A DNA stretch of 64,000 nucleotides, taken from a virus. Every line of letters begins with the position of its first letter. Position 1 is the first letter of the stretch. Below the pieces are notes generated by a model. It was not told where the DNA came from and did not search any database. It was given only the letters and a program-made list of their open reading frames with translations. The stretch lies in the UHGV virus genome UHGV-1558314, one strand, 5' to 3'. The position numbers and the translations under genes are program-made. Positions 44,892 to 52,550 of this stretch are shown one piece after another.

Positions 44892-44975
44892 CTGACAGAT
44901 GCATCACATATAAGCAATGCTCCACTGAGAAATCTCAGTGGAGCATTTTTTGTGCTGTTTGGCAATTTTAGACAT

Positions 44976-45386
44976 CTATATGCTATAGTATGCCCTATTG
45001 ACAAGCAACACATAGTCACCACACAGTAATGCAGCGTACGACATCATGCAATCATCTTGCGGCGCACTGACATCTGCATATCCTTTTGCGTACATAACCA
45101 TGTTGTTGTGCACAAAGTCAACTTTAGCATTTGCATAAATTGCATCAGTGCCACGGTCAACTATAAATGATTCACCGCGTTCAAGCGCATTTGCATTAAT
45201 TGTCACGGTAGATGTACCAGCATTAATGCTGTACAATGTATTTGGCACAGCATTAATGCTGGTACTTGATACCGTCATAAACTTAGCAGCAAATATGCTA
45301 TCAACCAAATCACCAAATTGTGCTGAGGTGGGTTTATCTCCGGTTTCAAAATACGTTTTGAGTACCGAACGTGTTTGAACTGCCAT
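44976..45386 (-). CDS. tail-fibre-like protein (cassette gene D, 136 aa)
   Basis: N-terminal LKTYFETGDKPTSAQFGDLVDSIF resembles a motif I recall from phage tail fibre/collar proteins. Not searched. Confidence 0.45.
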   Translation of the reverse strand: MAVQTRSVLKTYFETGDKPTSAQFGDLVDSIFAAKFMTVSSTSINAVPNTLYSINAGTSTVTINANALERGESFIVDRGTDAIYANAKVDFVHNNMVMYAKGYADVSAPQDDCMMSYAALLCGDYVLLVNRAYYSI

Positions 45387-45404
45387 ATGTTTCGATGTTT
45401 TAAG

Positions 45405-45587
45405 TTATGCAATGTGACATGAAAGCAACACTGCAAACTTTTCATCGAATGCAATGTCACCTACGTTATAACAAGAGATTGAGCCAGATATGTGACCCCC
45501 CCAATTCAATTTGAATGTCATAAAGCTTATGAGTTTGTAAATGTTTGTTTTGTTTATATATTTTGACTGCCCATATGTACATATCAA
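45405..45587 (-). other. small upstream ORF (60 aa) containing a G7 tract, in frame with and 6 codons upstream of gene D
   Basis: ORF track; ...FKLNWGGHISG... spans the G7 tract. Confidence 0.3.
45496..45502 (-). repeat. homopolymeric G7 tract (C7 on plus strand)
   Basis: gtgaccccccccaatt read directly. Confidence 0.9.
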
Positions 45588-45658
45588 AACAACATCTTAG
45601 TTGTTTTGCATCTTGCATCAAAACAACATCTTAGTTGTTTTGCATCTTGCATCAAAAC
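45583..45658. repeat. tandem direct repeat (34-bp unit, 2.2 copies), each unit containing a 9-bp-stem hairpin
   Basis: atcaaaacaacatcttagttgttttgcatcttgc repeated; CAAAACAAC / GTTGTTTTG inverted repeat inside each unit. Confidence 0.8.
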
Positions 45659-45895
45659 TCATAGGCATTGCATTCAAAGATGAAGATTTTACAGCAGACA
45701 TTGCACTTGATAACGCGTCATTTTATGATGGCCAAACTGCATGGCTAACTGGAAAGCTTCTGGCAGCATTGTGTTAAGTATAAAACAGTTACATTGAAAG
45801 CTAACACAACAGTAAACATCGCCATTTAATGCACATCAAAAACTCCACTGAACAATTAAGTTCAGTGGAGTTTTTGATGTGTAGTGTGCAAAATA

Positions 45896-46549
45896 CTACA
45901 ACATATTCCAGTTTGTTATGTCATACATGTTGAAGCTGAACGCTGATGTGATGTATCCAAGAGTAGTCAAGATGTCCACACCAACTACAGGGTCATTTGC
46001 AATAAGCAAAATACAGTTAGTGACAGACGTATCGACCATATTGTCTGCTTGAAAATCATTGTGCATCAACCAGTCAGCAAAGCAGATGTCATAGTACACA
46101 GGATTGCCTGCAAATACTTTATCATTTCCAAATGCTTCTGATGGGTGCGACAATGTAGATGCAAGCAGTTGAATGTCTTCATCTGTGCAAGACGATTTAA
46201 TGTCATCAAGCACAATTGCTACACGCTGCTCATTTGTCTCTGAATCACCTCTATGAATTTCATGAATCCAAGGCAAGCATGCAAGTGCATCACCACATGT
46301 CAAATTGACATTATCAAGTGTCTCGCCTTGACCTGCGTAGCAATATAAAGTGGAGCCAGTGCCATAACGTAGACAGTCATTTATGCTGACATTATCAAGA
46401 TACACTGAACAAATTGACAATGCACCTGCACCAAGCCTGTTTGCAGGAATTGTCAACTTATATGTTGGCACGCCATTTGACTGCACTGTAATAGGCGAGC
46501 CCGCTAATAATTCACCAGTGTCAGCATCATAGCATTCGACTTCTTGCAT
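45896..46549 (-). CDS. cassette gene C (217 aa), candidate variable fibre or receptor-binding protein
   Basis: ORF track; its frame is open upstream through the IR G7 tract (TPAVNRGGALRDTIISGTINKADGSLLEAAYAT-MQEVECYD...). Confidence 0.5.
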   Translation of the reverse strand: MQEVECYDADTGELLAGSPITVQSNGVPTYKLTIPANRLGAGALSICSVYLDNVSINDCLRYGTGSTLYCYAGQGETLDNVNLTCGDALACLPWIHEIHRGDSETNEQRVAIVLDDIKSSCTDEDIQLLASTLSHPSEAFGNDKVFAGNPVYYDICFADWLMHNDFQADNMVDTSVTNCILLIANDPVVGVDILTTLGYITSAFSFNMYDITNWNML

Positions 46550-46610
46550 AGTCGCATATGCAGCTTCAAGTAGTGAACCATCTGCTTTGTTGATAGTGCC
46601 GCTGATAATA

Positions 46611-46721
46611 GTGTCACGAAGAGCCCCCCCGCGATTGACTGCTGGCGTTCAAACCAGAGTTGAGTAGTTTTCATAAGCGAAAAGACTTTTTGTATGTGAA
46701 ATTTATTGACATATTATATAT
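46611..46721. repeat. right arm of the inverted repeat (reverse complement of 43588-43696)
   Basis: Direct comparison of both arms; includes the leader ORF start (ATG at 46674, minus) and a G7 tract. Confidence 0.85.
46624..46630 (-). repeat. homopolymeric G7 tract (C7 on plus strand)
   Basis: gagcccccccgcg read directly. Confidence 0.9.
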
Positions 46722-46734
46722 CAGGCAGCAATAT

Positions 46735-46775
46735 GCACAAAAAAGAAGAGCATCGGTTAAAAACCGATGCTCTTT
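46735..46775 (-). terminator. rho-independent terminator after BACON-like gene
   Basis: Stem GAAGAGCATCGGTT / AACCGATGCTCTTT, followed on the minus strand by TTTTTTGTG. Confidence 0.55.
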
Positions 46776-46822
46776 CAAGTTCTGCTGTGAACTGTTCAAT
46801 AGTGTAATCTTGTTGTACTCGA

Positions 46823-47437
46823 TTACGATACAGTCCACGGGCAGTTTGCGGTAACCGTAACCGTAACGGCAGGAGTACCGGCCTGAGGAATCGTGATTTC
46901 CTGCTTGTCGAGTACCAGCGTCGGGTCACCAGCAGCCTGAACGATTGCAATCTGAGCAGTCTGGGCACCGTTGGCAGTTACCAAAATCGATGTCGTGCGC
47001 TCGTTAATCGTCAAGTTGGCAGGAATGTCAAGCTCAATGCTGAAAGCAAACTCGGCGTTGGCACCAGGGTCACCAGTGATTGCTACGCCATTGTTGGTTT
47101 CTACACCAGCAACTGCGTACTTTTTAGGCAGTTCGATAACAAACTCGCCGCCCTCAACGATGCTGAACGTCAGCTTCGATGAGTTAGATACACCGGTTAC
47201 GGTAAGAGTACCGCCAGCTTTAGGAGCTGACATCTCTGAGCCGTTGTCAAATGACACGAACTCAGCCTTTGCAGTCTGCTGTACATTGTACGTTGAAGGC
47301 GCTGCAATACCAGCACCCTGAACGGTTACAACACCAGTACGTGCAATACGACCAGTGTGGGCGTCAGCAGAGTTGGAAATTGAACCATTACCCGAACCAG
47401 ATGTCGGGCTAAGTTTCAACCATGCGGGTTTAGCCAT
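46823..47437 (-). CDS. BACON/Ig-like domain protein (204 aa)
   Basis: N-terminus MAKPAWLKLSPTSGSGNGSISNSADAHTGRIARTGVVTV fits the BACON pattern (W-L...SP-x-SG-x-G...R-x-G-x-VTV) and ends ...VTVTANCPWTVS. Codon usage is G/C-richer than its neighbours. Confidence 0.5.
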   Translation of the reverse strand: MAKPAWLKLSPTSGSGNGSISNSADAHTGRIARTGVVTVQGAGIAAPSTYNVQQTAKAEFVSFDNGSEMSAPKAGGTLTVTGVSNSSKLTFSIVEGGEFVIELPKKYAVAGVETNNGVAITGDPGANAEFAFSIELDIPANLTINERTTSILVTANGAQTAQIAIVQAAGDPTLVLDKQEITIPQAGTPAVTVTVTANCPWTVS

Positions 47438-47495
47438 TGTTCAAAATTGTTATTAAGTGAGTGTATATGTTTAACACAAATTCGATGATTGCTCA

Positions 47496-48095
47496 TCAAA
47501 GAATTTTCCAAGAAGCGTTTGATGTCAAATTCATTGTGATTGTCGTGCCATCATCATCAACTGTCACAGATTCTGTACTCAGCACAAGAGTTGCTGCAGC
47601 AGCTGCTTGAGTAATGCTAACATTCAATGATTTGCCACCAGGAGTTGTCACTGTCAATACAAATGATTTCTGTTCAATTGTCAAATTTTGCGGTATTGTA
47701 GCTTCAATTGACCATGCAAACTTTGCAATATATCCAGGGTCATTTGCAATTGCTGTGTCATTTGTTGCAGCGACGCCATTTGCTGTGTACGCAGTCGGAA
47801 TGCTAAGATTCGGATTTGTAGTTGCAAACTTAAGTTTTGCTGCGTTAGACTCACCAGAAACAACAATTTTTGTGGTTGCCGCAGAAACATTGTATGATGT
47901 TGTGCCAGATACAAATTCTGCAAGAGCAGCTTGGTTGATTGTTGCTTGCTTTGTAACTGTTGGTGTGGTCTTCGTTTGCACAGTCGCAATTGTGCTACGA
48001 ATGCCTCTGCCGGTATGAGCTCCTGCAGTAAATGCCAGGATATCATTACCCTCACCAGACATTGGTGAACACTGTGCCCATATAGCTTTTGCCAT
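47496..48095 (-). CDS. BACON/Ig-like domain protein (199 aa), paralog
   Basis: N-terminus MAKAIWAQCSPMSGEGNDILAFTAGAHTGRGIRSTIATV parallels 46823..47437 and 48167..52495. Confidence 0.5.
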   Translation of the reverse strand: MAKAIWAQCSPMSGEGNDILAFTAGAHTGRGIRSTIATVQTKTTPTVTKQATINQAALAEFVSGTTSYNVSAATTKIVVSGESNAAKLKFATTNPNLSIPTAYTANGVAATNDTAIANDPGYIAKFAWSIEATIPQNLTIEQKSFVLTVTTPGGKSLNVSITQAAAAATLVLSTESVTVDDDGTTITMNLTSNASWKIL

Positions 48096-48166
48096 TGTTA
48101 CTGTGCAATTTTTAATTGTTTGACATGATATTTATATGCATTGCTTAAGCAATGTTGAATTGACAT

Positions 48167-51100
48167 TTATCGAACAAGGAATGATGTACCAACAACCATA
48201 TTCGGGATTGCCAAGCCATTGCCAGACTGGCTTACTGCAACTGTGCCACTTGTGTAGCCTGACAATGCAGCAGTAATTGTTGCCGACCTGCTGTTATCTG
48301 AACCCCAGTTGTTTGCAGCTGACAATGTCGAACCGCTGATTGTGAATGCACCATTGTTCGATGAGTACGTTGGAGTAACCGCAGCATCTGATGTTGTAGA
48401 CTGACCTGTCGTGTACTTTGTGACAGTTCGACCTGTCGTAGACAATGTTGCAGTGCCACCAGCAGCCCCAAAGCTTGTAACAGTTGAGCTGACAATCAGA
48501 GTCTTCGTAGTCGAAGTCACACTGTTGGCTTCCTGTGTAGCAGTGATTGCTTTTGAGCCAGTTTGACCATTCAACGCAACCGTCATATTGACTGTAGCGG
48601 TTCTTGCAGAACCAGCAGTTGTGCCACGATTTGCAGCAGTCAATGAACCGGTTGTACTACTGTTAAGCGTAAAGCCAGTAGTTGTAGCCATACTGTATGA
48701 AATTGTACCGCCAGATGTAATAGTAGTTTTTGAACCACTTGTGTACGTTGCTGTCTGCGAGTATGCTGGCGTGCCTGTTGGAGTCTTTGTTGCACCTGCT
48801 GCAGCAAATGTTGCATATGATGTTGCTGTAGTAACTGTGACTGCGCTGTATGATACACTGTTAGCTGCTTGATAAACATCAAGAGCTTTTGTAGCAGTCT
48901 TAGACCCTTCACCAGTAGCAGTTGCAGTCAAAGTGCCAATCTTTGTACGAGCTTTGACTGTAGTGCCAAGCGATGATGCGCTGACTTTTGTGCTATACGC
49001 AATGCTAACTGAACCTGGCCTTGTGCTGCCAGACGTATATGTAATTGTCTGTGATGCACTGATGCCAGACATTGATGCAACTTCACCGCCACCAGCAGGA
49101 ATATCTGACACAGTTCCACCAGAAATTGTAACCGCGCCATATGTCGTAATTGCATTTGCAGCTTGGTACACATCGACTGCTTTTGTTCCAGATTTGCCAT
49201 TGACTGTTACTGTAACAGTAGATGTTGTAATCTTTGTGCGGGCTTTAGCAGTAGTGCCAAGTGAACTACCAGACACTGCGCCAGTAGACGTTGTTACACC
49301 AGTGCCAGACCATGATTTGCTGCCACCAGACGTAACTGTCTGTGTTGAGCCACTTGACCACATAACTGATTGACTGAATGACACTGAAGGCGTAACTGAG
49401 CCACCCTTTGCAGGAACATCGCTATAAGTCATCGAAACTGTGGGCGTACCATATGTAGCAGCATTAGCATTTTGAGATGCAGTAGCAGTCTTTGTTCCAC
49501 TGATGGCTTTTGTGCCTGCAGCATTGTATGACGCAGTAGGCGTCCATGTAGCTGTTACAGTCTTTGTGACTGTCAGCGATGTAGTTGCGCCACTTGCAGT
49601 AGTGCCTTTTGATGATGCGGTTATAGCACCAGTAGATGTATTGAGTGCAGTGAACAATCCTGATGCGCCTGGCCAACTATATGATGTTGTAGTTGACAAT
49701 GAACCATACGTAGATGCTGGCGCAGTAGTTGAAGTACTGCCACTACTAAAATGGTATGTTACTGTGTTTGCACCATTTGACGGTGTAGATGTTCCGCCAC
49801 CTGCAGCAATTGCAGGATATGACATCGAACCAACTGCAATATTGAGTGCAGTCACATAGTTGCCTGCCTGATAAATCGTGGCAGACTTGCTGGCAGATTT
49901 GCCATTCATTGTGACTTTAACAGTCAGTGTGCCTGCAGTAGTCTGGTTAGATATTGCGGTGTCTTTTGATTGCGCAGTGACTGTTGACGTATACTCAATT
50001 GTTCCGCCGCTTGTCAGTGTTTCTGTCGTCTTTTCACCAGTAGCATATGTCGTAGTTTTGACCTGCGAGTAAGTTACTGTGCCAGATTTTACAGAACCTC
50101 CGCTTGCTGCAATGATAGTTGCAGACGGCGTCAAGTTAACTGTGATATCGCTATATGTAACTGTGCCAGCAGATTGAGCTGCTTGATAAACATCTGCAGC
50201 TTTTGATGCAGACTTGCCATTGAGTGCTACTGTGACAGTCAATGTGCCAATCTTTGTTCGTGGCTTAACTGTTGTGCCAAGTGATGATGCAGTGATACCT
50301 GCTGCTGGACTGTATGAAATTGTTGCACCAGTAGTGATGTTCTGTGTTGAAGTTGATGTGTATGTTGCAGTCTGCGAATATGACACATTGCCGCTCTTAA
50401 TTGTACCACCAGTTACAGGAATATCTGCTACAGTGAAGCTTGAAATTGTAACTGCGCCATATGACACAGTGTTTGCAACTTGCTTGACTGTGCAAGAACC
50501 AGTTTTTGTAACACCGCCCTCAGTATATGAGCCAGAAATTGTAATGCTGCGTTCTGCGCCTACGACTGTTGTGCGATTTGCTGCAGTTACTGTAGCAGTC
50601 GACAATGTAAAGCCAGTTGCTGAACCGCTAAGTGTTGCAGATACTGCAGCAGATGACGTTGAGCCTGATGCATATGTGTATGACGCTGTTGAAGTGATTG
50701 TAGTTGAACCGCCACCAGCTGCCAATGTTGCAGCGCCAGGTGTCAATGTCAAGCCATTCAGCGTCTTTGAGTTTGCAGTTTGTGTTGCAGTAGCAGTTTT
50801 TGTAGCAGACTTGCCATTGATTGCTACCGTAACTGTGACAGCATTTGAAGCATCAGTAGAGCCTACATATGATGTGCCCATTGACGTTACAGTCAATGCG
50901 CCACTTGTCGTATTCAATGTCCAGCGTGACTTAGCAGTCATTGCATAAGACAATGTAGCGCCACTTGTCAATGTGCCACCTGAGCCAGCTACGCCATTCC
51001 AAGTCCAAACTTGTGAATATGAAACAGTTGGGTTTGATGTACCACCAGCAGGAGCAATGTTAGCATATGAGAATGTTCCAATGACAGGCGTTGCATAGAC

Positions 51101-52495
51101 TTTAGCACCTGCAGCTTGGTTGAACGTAATATCTTTTGATGCAGACTTACCATTTGCAGTGACTGTCAAGGTGACAACAAACCCATTACGTGCAACAGTA
51201 GAATTGTTGTTTGTCACTGTGACATTCAAGCCAGACAAGCTGTAGCCTGTTGCAGCAGTTTTGACGGCAGCAGTCCATATGCCGCCTGACGTGTTACTAT
51301 CAGTTGAGCCGCTGCTGTATGTCATTGACTGCGTAAATGTTGCAGATGCATTAGCTGCAACAGTTTGACCTGCTACTGCAAGAGCAACTGGTGTTGTCTT
51401 TGTAATGACTGGTGTGCCGTATGTAATGCTGTTGGCTGCTTGTGTAATTGATACAGTAGCAGTTGCATTGCCATATGACGCTGTGCCGCTAAATGACCGA
51501 GCATCACCGACAGTCTTACCACGATTTGCAGATGTTACAGAATTTGCAGATATTGTAAAGCCTGTTGCAGTGCCTGTAATTGTTGGCTTGACATTTGTTT
51601 CAGTAGATGTAACAACACCGTTCCATGTCACAGTGTACGTACCAGTGATGGTTGATGTTCCACCTGCTGCAGTATGACTTGTTGAATATGTGTTCAAAGC
51701 AAGTTTGTACACAACTGAACCTGCAGCTTGTGAGCATTTAACGGTCTTCGATAATTCATGACCACTTACAGTCAGTGTTGGTGTAACTGCTGCAGTTGAC
51801 GTGTTGTTCGGTGTATTGACAGTGATTGTTGCAGGACCTGTGCCAGATGCTTTTGAGACTGACCAACCTGCAGGTACGCCCGAAATTGTCCATGCAAAGT
51901 CAGGATTACAAGAAATTGCGAATGTCTTCGATTCACCCTTTGCAACAAATGACAAAGTTTCTGGTGATACTGCCAATGTTGCACTTGCACCAGCTTGATT
52001 TACTGTAAATGTTGCAGACTTGCCACCAGGCGTTGACAATGTGAAAGTGAATGCCTTTGCAGCGATTGCAGTATGTGCAGCAATCTGCACTCGTACAATG
52101 ACTTCAAATTCTGCATTGACACCAGGGTCATTGTCAAAATTTGTATTAAGCGCATAATCTTTGCTTGCAACAGTTACGCCAAGCACTGTGCCACTTGCAG
52201 TACCGCCAGTACTGCCAAGCACAAGTTTTTGTGCATTTGTGACACATTTCAATGTTGCAATAGTGCCACCATTTGACGCAATGTTTGTAGATGCAACTGT
52301 AGCTCGTATAGTTTCACCAGGAGACTCTTGCAATACTGCACAGTTTTCAGTTACTACTGGTGAACCTGTAGTTGTTTGCGCAGTAAAGCTGCCAGACCTG
52401 TTATTTCGACCAGTATGCACAGATGCTTTGACAGACAACTGTGAGTTGCCTGTGCCAACATCAGGTGTAACTGTCAACCAAGTAGGCTTTGCCAT
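48167..52495 (-). CDS. giant Ser/Thr/Gly-rich fibre or adhesin-like protein (1442 aa) with N-terminal BACON-like domain and about eight tandem Ig-like repeats
   Basis: N-terminus MAKPTWLTVTPDVGTGNSQLSVKASVHTGRNNRSGSF; repeated T[L/V]TV-x-x-NGKS-x-[ST]K...YQAAN modules of about 100 aa. Plus-strand ORFs here are antisense artefacts. Confidence 0.65.
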   Translation of the reverse strand: MAKPTWLTVTPDVGTGNSQLSVKASVHTGRNNRSGSFTAQTTTGSPVVTENCAVLQESPGETIRATVASTNIASNGGTIATLKCVTNAQKLVLGSTGGTASGTVLGVTVASKDYALNTNFDNDPGVNAEFEVIVRVQIAAHTAIAAKAFTFTLSTPGGKSATFTVNQAGASATLAVSPETLSFVAKGESKTFAISCNPDFAWTISGVPAGWSVSKASGTGPATITVNTPNNTSTAAVTPTLTVSGHELSKTVKCSQAAGSVVYKLALNTYSTSHTAAGGTSTITGTYTVTWNGVVTSTETNVKPTITGTATGFTISANSVTSANRGKTVGDARSFSGTASYGNATATVSITQAANSITYGTPVITKTTPVALAVAGQTVAANASATFTQSMTYSSGSTDSNTSGGIWTAAVKTAATGYSLSGLNVTVTNNNSTVARNGFVVTLTVTANGKSASKDITFNQAAGAKVYATPVIGTFSYANIAPAGGTSNPTVSYSQVWTWNGVAGSGGTLTSGATLSYAMTAKSRWTLNTTSGALTVTSMGTSYVGSTDASNAVTVTVAINGKSATKTATATQTANSKTLNGLTLTPGAATLAAGGGSTTITSTASYTYASGSTSSAAVSATLSGSATGFTLSTATVTAANRTTVVGAERSITISGSYTEGGVTKTGSCTVKQVANTVSYGAVTISSFTVADIPVTGGTIKSGNVSYSQTATYTSTSTQNITTGATISYSPAAGITASSLGTTVKPRTKIGTLTVTVALNGKSASKAADVYQAAQSAGTVTYSDITVNLTPSATIIAASGGSVKSGTVTYSQVKTTTYATGEKTTETLTSGGTIEYTSTVTAQSKDTAISNQTTAGTLTVKVTMNGKSASKSATIYQAGNYVTALNIAVGSMSYPAIAAGGGTSTPSNGANTVTYHFSSGSTSTTAPASTYGSLSTTTSYSWPGASGLFTALNTSTGAITASSKGTTASGATTSLTVTKTVTATWTPTASYNAAGTKAISGTKTATASQNANAATYGTPTVSMTYSDVPAKGGSVTPSVSFSQSVMWSSGSTQTVTSGGSKSWSGTGVTTSTGAVSGSSLGTTAKARTKITTSTVTVTVNGKSGTKAVDVYQAANAITTYGAVTISGGTVSDIPAGGGEVASMSGISASQTITYTSGSTRPGSVSIAYSTKVSASSLGTTVKARTKIGTLTATATGEGSKTATKALDVYQAANSVSYSAVTVTTATSYATFAAAGATKTPTGTPAYSQTATYTSGSKTTITSGGTISYSMATTTGFTLNSSTTGSLTAANRGTTAGSARTATVNMTVALNGQTGSKAITATQEANSVTSTTKTLIVSSTVTSFGAAGGTATLSTTGRTVTKYTTGQSTTSDAAVTPTYSSNNGAFTISGSTLSAANNWGSDNSRSATITAALSGYTSGTVAVSQSGNGLAIPNMVVGTSFLVR

Positions 52496-52550
52496 TTTAT
52501 GTCGTTTTGTTATTTTCTGTGATATTTACACACACAATGTAACTTGCATT

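Noticed and set aside
45583-45658. CRISPR array (also considered for repeats at 59649..59722 and 2916..2985)
   Set aside because: Only two to three directly abutting repeat units with no unique spacers of CRISPR-like length and no cas genes; these are simple tandem repeats.
43588-46721. Site-specific invertible segment (Mu G-segment or shufflon style) as the primary explanation of the inverted repeats
   Set aside because: Each arm carries its own leader and start for the adjacent gene, so inversion would recreate an equivalent arrangement, and no recombinase or invertase gene is recognisable nearby. Poly-G slippage explains the layout more economically. Inversion is not excluded and can be tested with long reads.
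48588-51998. Multiple plus-strand ORFs (for example 48933..49373, 49503..49859, 50214..50948, 51405..51677) inside the giant repeat gene
   Set aside because: They are antisense to the 1442-aa Ser/Thr/Gly-rich gene, have Ala/Val/Pro-rich low-complexity translations expected from the reverse complement of such codons, and no upstream signals; treated as artefacts.
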